DNA of 64,000 nucleotides from NCBI GenBank assembly GCA_048013815.1, contig CM106586.1:2170001-2234000 (forward strand), given 5' to 3'. Shown here in pieces: positions 14,752 to 28,956 of the stretch. Numbering within the stretch: the first letter of the stretch is position 1; each line of letters begins with the position of its first letter. Source of the DNA: Setoptus koraiensis. Taxonomy: Eukaryota > Animalia > Arthropoda. The position numbers were made by a program, and so were the translations under genes. The notes below the pieces were generated by a model. That model was not told the DNA's origin. It worked only from the letters and a program-made list of their open reading frames with translations, and ran no database searches.

Positions 14752-17700
14752 GGTGGTGGTGTTGATGGCGACTGTGACTGTGATTGTGATGTTGATAAGG
14801 TAATCACGTAATCAACTAATGTTATTCAGGACATGCTCAAATTGTTGGGTGCACTGTCACACAACGTATAACAGATGATTACGTAACAGTGGCTGGGTAA
14901 GTGTGCTCAGCATTTAGATTTACAGTTAGCCATTACGTTACCAGCAAACCTGTCTATTGATAGAAGTGTCCCTCTCTATATATGCTCTCTCTATATATAG
15001 AAAGTGAGTCTATAGTAAGAAAACTTGCACTTTAACACCTGATTTAGTGGTTATTCTGTGTGTTAGTTGTGCGGTGTCGTAATGGCTTCGCACGAGTTGA
15101 CAACAGCAGCAGCAACAACAACTATACCAACAACCGATTTTGCCGCTAGCTAGTTAGTTATTGCAGCTAGTGTGAGTGGTGTGTGTATTGGTTAAGGTTA
15201 GACGATAAATAAACCTAATCGAAATAAACGACCCATAATAATAGAGACGACAACAGAGACACTTGCTACTGTTCATTCTATTTAATGCTCCAATGGTAGA
15301 TTGTCGCTGATACTTGCTTCTGGCCAAAACATAATGCAATTCGGACAAGAATTTATTTATCGCTTTATTTACCTGCTGATTTACTGTTTGCACCACGATA
15401 ACTCACTTGTATCCTATCTAAATCATGAAATCACTTTTGAACAAATGATTGCAGTTTAAAAGTTTGAAGCTTGCCAGCAGCACAAGCTTCAAGCGTTATT
15501 TTGTTACAAATAAACAATTTTAGATTAGATTTACGCGCCAAATATCGTGAAATATCCCCAAATATCTCTAGTTGATAGTTTTGGTGATTTCTAATGGCTT
15601 CCTCACAAGACGACATGTACAATATAACATCTTTAACTCTTTATTGCGATCATTGCTCGAAATGATGGTACGCTCAACACCCGCGATAAAGTATCATCAG
15701 TTTACCAAATATAGCCATCGAGGCCCGTTTCCTAGCCGCTTGTCAATGAGCCCTGAACAAGAGACAATAATATTGCAGCTCCATCTATATGAAGCGGCAC
15801 GTATACCCGCACTGAGAGGATTGAATCCGTTCGAGACGTGTCAAGATTAATTCAATCGTCCATCGCAGCCATTCTTTGTGCCCCATAATCTCTTCGTGTT
15901 TCATATTCCATAATAGTGTGTGTGTACATGTACTGATTGCAAGAGTGGCGGTCCAAAAGAGATCTGTCGCAAACAATAAACATTAGGACAAAATATGTGC
16001 TCAACTGGCCATTATGATGGTCAAATTACTAAACTCAAACTTTCTATCTTTTCTATTTGTATCATGTCCATCTATTGGCTCAACACGGCGACACACACAA
16101 TTTTGGACGACAAATTGTCATTTAACCGGTCAGATAACCGAGGCATTGCTGTATTTGCATTATTCTAGCAAGATTATACATCGCAATATTAATGCAAAAT
16201 CTATATTGATCAACATAAGAGGAACGTGGAAATTAACAGGGCTAGAGTTTGCTTTGAAGAGCAACGCTGAGCAGGGCTTAGATCCAATGGTAAGTACCCA
16301 TACCTCCACCTATTTCCATTTTGAATCTCATTGATATTCCTTTCAATGTTACCATTAATACGGTTATGGATATTATTATAAATTGGATGACAATTGGTTT
16401 AATTCGATGACTGTGTGAGAATTTCTAACTCACAATCGTACAATCGTCCCTTGCCCTACGGATAACTAAATTTTCAGCGGTGTTCAGGACACTGCTCGCC
16501 ATGACGTAGATTTTGCGTTAATCATCAACAATCAATCTTTATATATCAATTCAAGTCATGCTGTGAGAGACAGGCAAAGATATAGTGGCTTTACTACATT
16601 TATAATCAATTTAATTCGCCCATTTGATTTGGAGCGATTCTATTCCAGGCTGATTCTGGCCCAAACCGGGCAAAACCAGACCGAACCAGGCCAAACCAAG
16701 CCGAGCCAAGCCAAACCAAGCTAACCAAAGAAATTGAATTCAATTCAATAAGCAATGTGTGCCTCAACCGAATCAGTCTGGCCGAATCGCCAGGCTGCTC
16801 AATAGTTGAGACCGCATCGCTACACAGGCGCTCAGCATGGCATAGAAGTGAAATGAAAATCACTTGCTGAAGTCGAGATTGAGGCCCGTTGAGAGGCTGG
16901 CAAATCTCGAAAAGAAGAGGCGAGTTGAGAGCCAATTAAGAGAACATGCGATTCTTGAAAGGAAGCGATTGATTTGGCGCCTCTTCTCTGGAAATTCTCT
17001 CAGCCACATCATAGTGAGGCGAAAAGGAGATAAAATTTCTCGCTTCGTTCAATTTGTTACATTCGATCGATTCCATTTGAGTCGCTCTCATCAGGTCGCT
17101 CTGTGTGTGTGCAACCGAATCATCTTAATTTTATCTTTCTATCATATATATCTTGCCATGCGATCTGAACAACAATTGAGAGAGCCACAAGCTATGATCA
17201 AAGGCTGAGGGAGAGAGAGAGAGAGAGAGTTGGTTGCGAGAGTGCGCGAATAAAGAGGCACATAGAGGCGCTCGCGGATAAGCGTATATGGCACTGATAG
17301 TTGGCAAATCGCAAACTCTGTTCTGATTCGATTCAATCGGGCTGATCATCACAAATGCCATGCCAGTGATTCACTGGGTCTCGATATATGTGTGTGTGAG
17401 TGAGTGTGTTTGTGATCTGTTGTTCAATGATCATGAAATAAAACGATACAGCAACTGTCTATATGAATCGGATAGATCTTTTTCGACTGACAAAACAGTT
17501 CGCTAGAGTGAAGAACTAAGTGCAGAGTTACCCAAGAGTAGATAATAGATTTCCAACTCGGACAAGTCTCCACTATCTAATTGGAATTCAGCGATGGCCT
17601 CATTTTATCGCTGCCAGTGATTGTCTATGTAATTCTATGTAGTTTTTGTTCTGCCAGCTAGCTCTCTTATCGCACAACCACTGAAAACTAGTGCACATTC

Positions 17701-20700
17701 AATTGGGTGCTCAGCTCATTGAATAGGCAGCAATTCAATCAGACTTTAAATTGCCAGCTTCACAATCTGACAGGGCTAGGGTTAAGCTCATCTGGTGATC
17801 TTTCAGGTGATACTTTACTCACTACTGACACTCACTTGTGTGTCTTGATCGGTCTGTGTGGCACCTGTAATTGTAGCCTTACAATCAATAGGCACACAAT
17901 TCAATCAATTGTCTAAAGAAAAATTGCTCGCCAACATTCGGTTCCGCTGGCACATTCACTCATGCCGGGTTTTTTTAACTGAATCGGACTTTAATTCAAA
18001 AGTAAAACTAATATATTCTCTCACATTTTGCCCCATTGAAACTATCTCAAATGCTTGTACAGTTATCACGGCCCTGCCCACCCTATAACAATAAGATTAG
18101 CCATTGTGTTCAGCCTGAATTAGATTATTTTGCCCCAGAGATTCAATTGAGTGAATCATGCTCACCACAATCGGATATGTTCTCATTGGGCATATTAATT
18201 ACACAGATATTTAATTATAAAAGCGCCACAAGTGAACCATTGGATGATTTTGATCAATACCAACGAAAAACAAATACACAATTGTATCGGAATAAGCCAC
18301 TGATCGATTGCGACAAAAACTCCAACAATTATCTCAAGCAAATTGAACAATTGAATTTCAATATAGTGAAATTTTCTGCCAGACTGCCACGGCTGTTGGA
18401 GGAGCCACTGAAAAGTTTGTTAGATGTAGATCCCAAGAAACGTTTAAACTCCGAAGGTTTCTCCATGGTAAATGATAAATTCCATCTAAAATTTTCATAA
18501 CAATAGCAATATAATTCCCATGGCATGATACATTCATCTTGTTCTATACCTTGTTTGTTACGCTGTATCATATTGGCATGTGCTGTACGAAATTGATCAA
18601 TTTTAGATAAATTATTTCACCAACGACGGAATTCACGCTCTTCAATATCTGGATATGATCAACACCAAAGATTCTGCCTACAAATCTAACTTTTATCACA
18701 ATCTCACCGGAGTACTGGATCAGGTGCCAAAGGTAAGAATTAAAATATGCTATTGAGTTACAAGTGAGGTTGCGCCAACTAAAACTGCTTACACCTATTG
18801 CACTAAAGCTCATGTACAATGTGCTCGTTTGTAGACAATGAGGCGCTATTAATCCTGATTAATCCAGCTAAATTATTATTCTGATGACAGCGTGACTAGT
18901 TTATGTCTGTGTTCAGGAACGTGGAACGTGAAATGTGTCTGATGAAACAAGACAATTTCATCATGCCTCATGCAAAGTGGCAAATTTTTTATCATTTTAT
19001 TCCTCTTAGAAAAAAAAACATACACACGTTGATTGTCGGCGATGAGAGAGCGAGATTTATATAATATCTGATGTTAACATTATAATTGTGTAATGTGGTA
19101 AGGAAAAGAAGCAAAAAGAATTGAGAGAGAGCTCGTGTGTCGTGTCGCTCAGTTGTGACAAAGAACATCTATCCAAGCGTATATGAATGTAACTCGTTGC
19201 CTGTATCTATGATATATACCGAATCATGTTAAGCATTATTATTATACAACATTGGGTGCATCCCATTCTCCAACATGACCGAGCACACATGACAATCTCT
19301 CAAGATGCAATCAATCAATCTCATGATATTCCATGATCCTCTTTGATTATGATCGATGGGTTGACGTTTCGGAAGGATATTGGGTGCACTGAGTCGACTG
19401 AAATAGAACTGGAACTAGAATTTTATGGTCAAACGTGTTTACCACTCTTTTCGGGTGTTGGACATTTTTAAGCATCACCACTTAAAGTTCTGGTGTCAAG
19501 AGCCATTTCATCAATGGCAACTAAAACCACGAATAGAATTAATACCGAAATCTCGACATAATCTAGATTGATTGTCACGTAAGGCTTATTGTTGCTGTGG
19601 CTGTCGTGTGTTACACACACACTACAATTCATTTACATATTTTAATTTGCATAATTAAGCTTTTTCAAAATTTCTGATCTAATGGCTCTTTATTTATCAA
19701 TTGGACCATTTAATATAATTGTTGGTCAAAACAGAAAATGTGGTACCAGCATATATTGCCGTCTATTTTGGATGAGATACAAAGAAATGAACTGGTGGCG
19801 ACCATTATTGAACCAATTCTGTATATTTTAAATCATTCCAATACTGATGAGTTTGAGCTCATATTGTTGCCATTTATTAAATTGTTATTTTATGTGCCAA
19901 AATCTGTACGGGTAAGTTTCAAATGGAAGGCTCCAATCATTCTGTCCCACGGAATAGTCCAACTTAAATATTAATGAGACTCAACTTGTCGTTTCAATTT
20001 CTATTCTGATTCGCACCAATATTGCAAATTAATGATCACTATAGGCTACTGTTAGTTTATTAGATAATTTTCATATCATCATCAACAAAATTCGACAATC
20101 GTATCCATATGAAAATCAATCAAAATTACATCAACAACAGCTATCACAAATGTCACAACTCATGTTGACTTTATTGGATTCAGGAACCATTCAAATTCAA
20201 TCTTCGTCATTGGATGCTCTCATGCATATAGTTGATTTTATCGATCACGATTCAATAGGAACACGAGTGATATCCAAGATACGTCAAATATCTGAGGCAA
20301 ACATTAACGATCTAAATGTAAGTATCTCACAGCCAATATGAAGACATAGTTACTTCCAGCGATTGATCGCGATGCGAATGTAACCTTGAACCACTAACAA
20401 ATACATAAAATTCGTCTCAGAGAGGGCCTATGTTCATTCAAATAATCTCAGAATTATACTGATGACTTTTACTGACAAAGTTGAATGGTTTGGAAAATAT
20501 GATTCATCGTATTTCGCTTATTCTATGATATACGATTATACCTTTGAATGGAAACTCTAGATAATAATTCTTGAAAATTTTATTTTCTCTGTTGCTTTAC
20601 TAAAATAATTATGTAATTTATATGCCAATAAATGAACAGATACAACTTAAAGTTTTGAGATGTCTTGAATGCTTCTTAATTAGACTGAATAAGACAGACA

Positions 20701-22731
20701 TCTTGAACAATGTCTTGCCAGTTTTGGTTAACACAAGAATAGATGATCATTCAATACTAATACCACTCATAGGTAAGTTTATTTTTTTATCTATATACTG
20801 GGTGCCAATCTGATGTCTACATTCTCTAACTTCACTTGTCACCGGTTGATGATTCAATTTCGGAATGTCTGTTTGTTTTATTATACTTCTCATATATATG
20901 TCTGCAGGTATTTATCGTAAAATTATGGATAATGATGAACAAAGATCAGCGTTGACATGCAATTTGCTGGCCTCACACATTATGCCGACTCTTTTGCCAG
21001 CATTAGTTTGTCCTGATGTCACCATGAATGAGTTTTCCTCTTCGATCGAGCTCTTACAAGATATGTTGGATAACATAAAAAATATCCAGAGACAGAGAAT
21101 CAAATCTGGCATAAATACTACACGTAAAGAAGAGTGAGTTATTGATAAAAATGAACTGTTATGTTTTATTTTAATTGATATATAATTGAATATAATGATT
21201 GCTGTTGGGGTGTTAATCAAATTAACTATTTTCAATTCCTTTCCTTCCAGCCAAGCCTATGGTGAAAATTGGTTAACATGTGGTGCTGATTCGAGACAAA
21301 CCCATGTTGGTAGTAACTTGCGACAATCAAGTTACAATTCAGCCTTGCCATCGATGCAACAAACCACTTCCGCCCATCAATCTTTGAGTAGATCTGTAAC
21401 ACCTAATCAAACAACAAAATTGAATTACCAAACAATTGAAGATGATACCAAACAGACTAACACTGCTAATACAAGGTCATTTAAGATTAGCAAGCCATTG
21501 AATGTGCAAGGCTTACCCTCAACAATGATCACTTCCGCTAGCTCATTAGAGAACAGTACTAATGATTCTAACCAAACTGACAATTATAATAATATAATGA
21601 ATTCGATTGATCAATATTTCAATGTTGCTAATGATGACAACGACAACAAGGATATTGATTCACACAATCAAGAGCTTAAGCCTAATATCGATAGTCAACA
21701 GCAATCAACATTGAGCACAACACAATCATCTTCAATAAAAACAGCTCAATCGACACAAGTGTCGCCTGTCCATGCATTTCGAATGAAAGAAAAAGAGCAG
21801 CAACAACAGAGGCCGCCCACATTGAGATTAGAGAAAAGAAGAACCAGTATAAGTATGGATGATGTAATCAGACGGATGTCAATGAACGCATCATCAAGTT
21901 GTTTGTTGGGTAGTGGTGGAACGTCAGATAGTAAGAACTCAAGCAGTAATTGTGGTTTCTTAAAAGTAAACAATCAAGTGCCAGGTAGAAGACATTCAGA
22001 TAACACAATATTGCCCCCTAAAATCCTGATAGCCCCATCATCGCCTGATCATTCGATTGCGTCAAGATTAGGCTCGAAATTGAAACTTAATCTTTCAAAC
22101 CAAAAATTGTCATCATCATCCAACAAGGGTTCTAAATGCAATCTCGCTGCAGCAGCCGTCAATTATACCAGACGACACTCCAGTGCCAATGACAATCAAC
22201 CATCTATATCGCCATCACTGTTCTTAAATTCATCTACATTTAAGGTAAGCTTTGAAAAACTAATAAATAATGTGCAGCTCTATGATTATTGTGGAGGGTG
22301 ATAATAATGATGAAGCTTAAGTCCTAGATTTAATTATTTTAAAGTTCAAATAATCACCATTATGTAATATTGATCCGTACTCCGTAATAATTAATTCTTT
22401 CGATTATATACATACAGACGAAAAGCAGTTCAAATTTGGGTTTTGATTTCCTATTAACTAATCGCTCTATGAAGAGGAGATATTCAACTGCCTCTATGCT
22501 CGGACACCAGACTCAACGCAAAGCTGAAAACTTGATAGAATCGATAGGTAGTGCTGGTATGAAAGGAATGGTAAATATCTGTATAGTTGCCAAAAAGGCT
22601 CATACCTACTACATCCCTTTTTACATAGTTATTAACCAAAAGTTTTCCTAAACTTCTTTCAAATCTTCCATCATCTATCATATCATATTCGCAATGTTCT
22701 TATGATCCAGCAACAAATATTTGGAAAGTGA
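12967..22731 (+). CDS. SCYL2: SCY1-like pseudokinase (SCYL2/CVAK104 family), 11 exons: 12967-14181, 16134-16289, 18063-18467, 18607-18732, 19735-19911, 20045-20317, 20640-20772, 20908-21133, 21251-22244, 22418-22570, 22711-22731
   Basis: Peptides NPISQQY..ASTGPCLSWLIY, VSIFFYDKK, EVKYGLLQ|ITEALLYLH..IIHRNI..GTWKLTGLEF, DYFAPE..SDMFSLG and ALQYLD..KSNFY match SCYL2 kinase-like and HEAT regions in order. All junctions are GT-AG with compatible phases (0,0,0,0,0,0,1,2,0,0). The first ATG and the last two exons are less certain, and it may be a SCYL2 paralog rather than the ortholog. Confidence 0.85.
14679..14760. repeat. Compound (GTT)n(GGT)n microsatellite in intron 1 of the SCYL2-like gene
   Basis: Directly visible run. 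Confidence 0.95.
16655..16725. repeat. Degenerate pentamer array (CCAAA/CCAAG/CCGAG) in intron 2 of the SCYL2-like gene
   Basis: ccaaa ccggg caaaa ccaga ccgaa ccagg ccaaa ccaag ccgag ccaag ccaaa ccaag. Confidence 0.7.
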
Positions 22732-22936
22732 CCGCTCAAACTAGTGAGGTCGATCGCACCATGGAGGCTATCTAAGGCATTATGTTAATATCACGATTAT
22801 TGACATATCTACATGATTGGGAAGCTCAAGATATCATACTGTTCAAAAATACATCGAGTACATATGTTGAGCATTTAGATTATAATATTGTGAGGTGAAA
22901 AGTCTGGCTGTTATTCTTTCGAGTTTGTTTGATTGA

Positions 22937-24850
22937 TCAGCTTGATTGTTGCTGATAATTGGCGCCATAAGCGACTGTCACGGGTTGTTGTCCAGAAACA
23001 AGCTGTTGTTGGTATAATTGTTGTTGCGGAAATGTTGGGGCAATATGTTGTTGAATAAATAAACCTTGCTGTTGATGTTGTAGTTGTTGATTCTGTTGTT
23101 GTTGTTGTTGTTGATTTTGGTTCTGTTGTTGTGGCATGAGCAGTTCAGTACTATTGCTCTGGACATTATTTGTTACACCATTTACCAGCATCGGTATGAT
23201 ATTTGTTCCGTTAATATGAGTTGGATTTACTCTGTTTATGATATTTGAATTCAAATGATCTCCCACGCCCGAAACGGATATTTGTTGAGACTGCTGTTGG
23301 ATTGGCATGCTTGTACCATTATATGAATTCACTGTCATGGGCACAGTCTCGTAGGTAGACCAATATTGTTCACTAGGTGAAATTTCATTCATACCAGGTG
23401 GCGGTTGGACAGGCTGACCGGTATACCTGAAGTAAGGATTCTTCAAGTCCAATGAATTTGAAGCTCTAGTTCCTAGTTCCTTGATCTTTAACTCAATATC
23501 GACATCGTAGCTCTGACGTTTATTTGATCTAAGGACACAATGACCTATTATAGATTGTCCTCTGTTAACGAAAAGCGGTGTGTTTAATAAGCAGCGAACT
23601 TGATACCAATGAGTTAATTGTTGTGACGGAGCAGTGGATAACCAGATTGTTTGTTGAGTACCAATAAATGCGACATCGAACCAAAATGCAAGGCCATGAA
23701 TTTGCCCTGTCTGGTTTGATATGAACTCTAGAGGTATATTTATACAATGAAGGTCAGTCTCGTGGGCTTTCTGGAAATCAACAGTGTGTCTGATTGTCTT
23801 GGCCATACAAATCCTTATGTCGAAAGTATCAACAATAGGTTGTCGAAAATATTCGTTGGTGGCGGCAGCATGTAATGCGCACAGGTTAACTCCATGAAAG
23901 TCATTTGACAACCAAAAATTCGCTTTGTTCGTTTGTTCCATGTAAAGTTGTGCATCAGTAAAGGGTGCTACGTGTAAATCACCACGCGATGGAAACATAC
24001 GTCCCTGTTCAGGTGACTTAAACCATTTCTTTGCGTGTAAGTAGGTCTCCAACATACGCTCATTGAAGAGCATGTAACCCATTGGCTCAGATATAATGAT
24101 GTCCACTGGCTCGGGCAAATTGATTTCCTCAATTTTACCAGCTAACACTTCAATCTTACCAACACAACTGTTCGCTTGAACAAGTAGTTGAGCGTGTTTA
24201 GCCATAGATGAAGCCTCAACTGCATAAACCTTTTTAGCGCCAGCTTGCAATGCAAAGAATGACAATATACCTGATCCGGCGCCTACATCTAGCACTACTT
24301 TATCTTTGAAGTCATCACTGTTGGCTAATATTGCTCGCTGATACGTTGACGTGCGAACATAATCTTGCATCATGTTTTGTTGTTGAGAGAGGTAGCCATA
24401 AAATTGAAAATATTGGGATGCCGACGCGGAGTCTGTACGTTGGGAAAAAATGGATTTTTGACTCGACGTCTTGAAGCCATCAATCAATTTTGAAAATCTA
24501 TCTAATTCTATCTTATCCGGGAATTCTATTAATAAGGTGCTTGCCCTGTTCTCTTCGTACAACATGTAACTAGTTGAATCAAAACGAGAACTCTCTGAGT
24601 TTCTGTAGAAGTTAACTTCGTATATTACATTCTCAGTCCTTTGGATTATTTCTTTATTGTTATCATGATTATTTGTCGTATTGTCATGTTTGTCGGTAAA
24701 TCTCAATAAAAGATCTTCAGACTGGTCGATGGCAACGATTGTTCGAGGCTGTTCTGATCCAATATATGTGAAACGCCTGTCCGGTGACGATTTTAATAAT
24801 TTCACGTTATCAAAAATACGGTTTTTTCCTACTAGCGAAGAGTCAGACAT
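22937..24850 (-). CDS. CARM1: Histone-arginine methyltransferase CARM1/PRMT4, single coding exon (ORF open to an upstream ATG at 24994)
   Basis: [33 protein letters not shown] (SAM motif I), [15 protein letters not shown] (double-E loop), LTHWYQ (THW loop), N-terminal PH-like region and Q-rich tail. Confidence 0.97.
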   Translation of the reverse strand: MSDSSLVGKNRIFDNVKLLKSSPDRRFTYIGSEQPRTIVAIDQSEDLLLRFTDKHDNTTNNHDNNKEIIQRTENVIYEVNFYRNSESSRFDSTSYMLYEENRASTLLIEFPDKIELDRFSKLIDGFKTSSQKSIFSQRTDSASASQYFQFYGYLSQQQNMMQDYVRTSTYQRAILANSDDFKDKVVLDVGAGSGILSFFALQAGAKKVYAVEASSMAKHAQLLVQANSCVGKIEVLAGKIEEINLPEPVDIIISEPMGYMLFNERMLETYLHAKKWFKSPEQGRMFPSRGDLHVAPFTDAQLYMEQTNKANFWLSNDFHGVNLCALHAAATNEYFRQPIVDTFDIRICMAKTIRHTVDFQKAHETDLHCINIPLEFISNQTGQIHGLAFWFDVAFIGTQQTIWLSTAPSQQLTHWYQVRCLLNTPLFVNRGQSIIGHCVLRSNKRQSYDVDIELKIKELGTRASNSLDLKNPYFRYTGQPVQPPPGMNEISPSEQYWSTYETVPMTVNSYNGTSMPIQQQSQQISVSGVGDHLNSNIINRVNPTHINGTNIIPMLVNGVTNNVQSNSTELLMPQQQNQNQQQQQQQNQQLQHQQQGLFIQQHIAPTFPQQQLYQQQLVSGQQPVTVAYGANYQQQSS

Positions 24851-25453
24851 CTTGAAATATTTCAATACAATTACAATAATTGATACCCCGAGATTCCATT
24901 TAGTGTCTTGTAAATCGTAATAATAATAATTAATTTTGATATAGTCGCCGAACTGATATAAACCAATCACTTTTATTTGAACAACGCGCAACATTGCTGG
25001 CTGAGTTGTGAGTTTTCTGTAGCGAGTACATTGCTGTCGTTGTAAATCTAGGGGAGATGAAGCCTAATTTTCTGATGCTTTTTCCCCCAATAAATAACAT
25101 AGTCACTAGTTTGCGCTAGATGGCGCTATGAAAATGCAGCAGCACATCCTGTCTTTTCCTGTCCGTGTGTCACTAGACTCAACTATTCACATTAGTATGT
25201 GTGTGTGCATGTTACACACTACTCCAACGCCAGTGTTTCAAAACGTGCATGGTACCAGCGAACACTTGCCAACACTGAGTTGTTGCTTACTGTTTCTAAG
25301 CATATATGTCCGTTTATTATTATTTATTAGGATCGACCAAAAATATTGTTTGGAATTTACCAGATATTAATTAGAATCCGAAACTACTAACGAGATTTTT
25401 CCAAACAACCATTTAGGATCTGTCGAAGATAACCGAATCAAATTCATTTCAAT

Positions 25454-25914
25454 ATGGTTCAGCGAATGACCTACCGTAGGAGACTGTCCTACAATACCCA
25501 ATCAAATCGTAGAAGAATGTAAGTAGTCCGAAGCCACTAATGTTGGCAATGCATTGATGCTCAGAATATAACCCTATCAAACATATATACTAACCATTAA
25601 TTTGTCCCGTTCATTTCCGACACCTCAGATCCAAGACACCTGGAGGAAAGTTGGTATACTTGTATCCCAAGAAGCCTGGATCAACAGCCTCCTGTGGCGA
25701 CTGTAAGAACAAGCTTAGAGGCATTGTCTTTATGCGCCCGAAGAAACTGGCTAAAATATCACGAAGACAGAAGACCGTCTTTAGAGTGTATGGTGGAACC
25801 AAATGTGTCAATTGTGTACGCCAAAGGATAATGCGTGCCTTCTTGATCGAAGAGGGCCGCTTGGTGGCCAAGGTGATCAAGCAACAGCAAGTGGGTCTTG
25901 GAAGAGTAAAATGA
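25454..25914 (+). CDS. RPL34: 60S ribosomal protein L34 (eL34); exons 25454-25518 and 25629-25914
   Basis: MVQRMTYRRRLSYNTQSNRRRI|SKTPGGKLVYLYPKK..C..C..RVYGG..C..CV..RIMRAFLIEE; 110-nt GTAAGT..CAG intron, phase 2. Confidence 0.97.
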
Positions 25915-26001
25915 AATAAACAACTCAGATCATAATTATTAAAAATCACAAAACTTAACATATAACCATTTTGTAACAAATTCTAGAACTCGTTTTGCTA
26001 C

Positions 26002-26472
26002 TCAAGATTTTCCTTTTATTTTGATTTGCTTCTTGAGGACATGAGCGCTGGATGGCTCTATTCTTTTATAATAATCTTCCTTTGTTTCCACTATTTCAAA
26101 GCCAAATTTCTTGTAGAACTCTATAGCTCCTTGATTGCTGATTTGTACATGTAAATAAATACTATCGATACTACCATCTTTTTGGACATAATTTAGTACG
26201 TGTTCAACCATCTTAGTTCCTATACCTAGCCTCCTGTAAGGGGCCAGGCATCCTAGTGTCATAATGTAAAGACGGCGAGTGTTGTCTGTGGTATCGATCC
26301 GGCAGCATACGGCCCCAACGACTAGGTCATTATAAAAGGCTAGTTTAGCTAATTCTTTAGCCGCTAATACATCCTTGTAGAACTTTTCATTATAATTTAC
26401 GGGGAAGATTACTTGATTAAGCCTTTTGAGTAGTTTCACATTATGTTGAGTAATATCACCTAATTCCATCAT
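26002..26472 (-). CDS. NAA50: N-alpha-acetyltransferase 50 (NatE catalytic subunit, San), intronless
   Basis: ELGDITQHNVKLLKRLNQVIFPVNY, LYIMTLGCLAPYRRLGIGT, YLHVQISN, YYKRIEP. Confidence 0.97.
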   Translation of the reverse strand: MMELGDITQHNVKLLKRLNQVIFPVNYNEKFYKDVLAAKELAKLAFYNDLVVGAVCCRIDTTDNTRRLYIMTLGCLAPYRRLGIGTKMVEHVLNYVQKDGSIDSIYLHVQISNQGAIEFYKKFGFEIVETKEDYYKRIEPSSAHVLKKQIKIKGKS

Positions 26473-26975
26473 TATGGCGACTTGATGTTGATGTTCTATG
26501 AATAGAAAAAACGTGAGGGAATATTAAATAATTCTGCCTGAGGACCTCGACGTTAATACTGAAGCGACCCTAGTGGGCAATATTTGTATCAGTCTGGTAC
26601 GCAGTCTATTACAGATTGTAACTTACATTGCCAACTCTCGGATCACAGTCGTTTTGTTAAGCATGCCTTGTGTGAATATTTAGTGATTTCAATCTTTTGC
26701 ATCATGTGCAAAAATGAACTTCGCACAGAAGTCGGCGAATCCAATATAAATGCTCAATTCAACGTAGGTGATTGCCAGGTCCCACACCAGGCACAACAAA
26801 AAATGTGTGCGTAATCATCCTATATTGCGCAGTTGCACAGAGTAGATACTGCCGGCGAACAATTCGGCCGCATGTTCACGTCAAAAACCATAAACCAATA
26901 AGAATTGATGGGAATATATTGGTATTCTCAGATTAGTAATTTATAATTTGATAATAAGTATAGTTTAAATACAAC

Positions 26976-28593
26976 ATGGCGTCTGATTTTACAAGCGGAG
27001 ATGCAAACTCTGATAGAAATGTAGAAATGTGGAAAATCAGGAAGCTCATCAAGAGTTTGGAGGCAGCCAGAGGGTAGGTATTGGCATATTGAAAAAAAAA
27101 ATTCATTCGTAATCATCGGGCGACTTCAATTCTGGGACGATATTAGCTGATTTCATCATTGTTCTCGTATCAAAGAATCTGAAAATCCGTTCCGTATGTC
27201 CTCTCTATTGCCACCCTAACATAATGAATCCTTTATTTCTACATAATATCATCACCGCAGAAACGGAACTTCCATGATATCGCTTATTATGTCGCCCAAA
27301 GAACAGATATCAAAAATATCAAAACTTTTAGGCGATGAGTTGGGCACAGCTTCTAATATAAAATCTCGTGTTAACAGGTTATCAGTGCTTGGAGCAATCA
27401 CATCTGTACAAAATAGGCTAAAATTATATTCTAAAGTCCCACACAATGGTCTTGTTATTTATTGTGGTACGATAGTAACTGAAGATGGAAAAGAAAAGAA
27501 AGTCAACATAGATTTCGAGCCCTTCAAACCGATAAATACAACACTTTACCTATGTGATAATAAATTCCACACGGAACCTCTGACTCATTTACTTGCCGAC
27601 GATAATAAATTTGGTTTTATAGTCATGGACGGTAATGGAACTTTATTTGGTACACTTCAAGGTAACACTAGAGAGACATTAATGAAATTTACAGTTGATT
27701 TACCCAAGAAACATGGTAGGTTCATAGAGAAATTACTTACTCCATATTCTACTTTTATTTTAATTTTTACTTTAGATAACATGTATCCGTAATATTATTT
27801 AATTCTTATTTGTTTTATAGGTCGTGGTGGTCAGTCTGCGTTACGTTTTGCACGTCTACGTATGGAGAAGCGTCACAATTATGTTCGTAAGGTAGCAGAA
27901 GTAGCAGCTCAACTTTTTATAACCAATGATAAGCCTAATGTTTCAGGACTTATTCTAGCCGGATCTGCAGATTTCAAGACTGAGCTCAGTCAGTCCGATA
28001 TGTTTGATCAACGGTTGCAAGCCAAAATATTGAAGCTTGTTGATGTTTCATACGGTGGAGAAAATGGATTTAATCAAGCCATCGAACTTTCCGCAGATCT
28101 GCTGTCCAATGTTAAATTTATTCAAGAGAAGAAACTGATCGGTAGTTACTTTGATGAAATAAACAAAGACTCTGGTAAAATCTGTTACGGAATAACGGAT
28201 ACGATGAAGGCCTTGGAGATGGGTGCAGTGGAAACAATTATTGCATGGGAAAACCTAGAACTGCAACGTTATGAACTTTTGAAAGCATCTACAGGAGAGA
28301 AAGAAGTTTTACATCTAACCCCGGAACAAGAAAAAGATAAGAAACGATTTGTAGATAAAGACACAGGTGCCGAACTAGAATTAGTGGACTGCTGTCCGTT
28401 TTTAGAATGGCTGGCCAACAATTACAAGAAGTTTGGTGCGAATCTTGAAATTATCACTGATCGATCATCGGAGGGAGCCCAGTATGTCGAGGCGTTTGGT
28501 GGCATTGGTGGCTTATTGAGGTACAAAGTAGAATTTGAAGTTATGAATTTAGCTGATGAAATTGATGAATTTGACCTTGGAGATGAGATATAA
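26976..28593 (+). CDS. ETF1: Eukaryotic peptide chain release factor 1; exons 26976-27073, 27261-27715, 27821-28593
   Basis: [15 protein letters not shown]|[26 protein letters not shown]|RGGQS (GGQ motif); GT-AG introns of 187 and 105 nt with matching phases. Confidence 0.98.
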
Positions 28594-28956
28594 TATGACA
28601 AGAGTGATCCAGACAGGATAAGAACCCAGCATCCTTACAACTGCAAGTTATGCCAAAGTTGTTTCTTATTATTATCATCCCCTGAACGATACGACCATAA
28701 CTGATTCCAAAATAAAGTGTTACGCTCGATGTGCTGCAAGAGATGATACGTTGTTTTCTCAATATATTAAACGCCAATTCATATAATCTTGACTTTTTGT
28801 TAACTCATGGATCGAAGAAATTTTAGGAAATTCGTATAGACCTTTGTTGATGCCAAAATGTAACCCTGGGAGTTTGATGCCGTGACTTGTCAGAAGTAGA
28901 GTCTGGAATTTTGAGTATGTATCAGATCATCTCTGATTCACATCTCATCATGTGCG

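Noticed and set aside
15154-15976. Minus-strand ORFs in intron 1 of the SCYL2-like gene
   Set aside because: They could not be joined into a consistent reading frame and no family similarity was recognised
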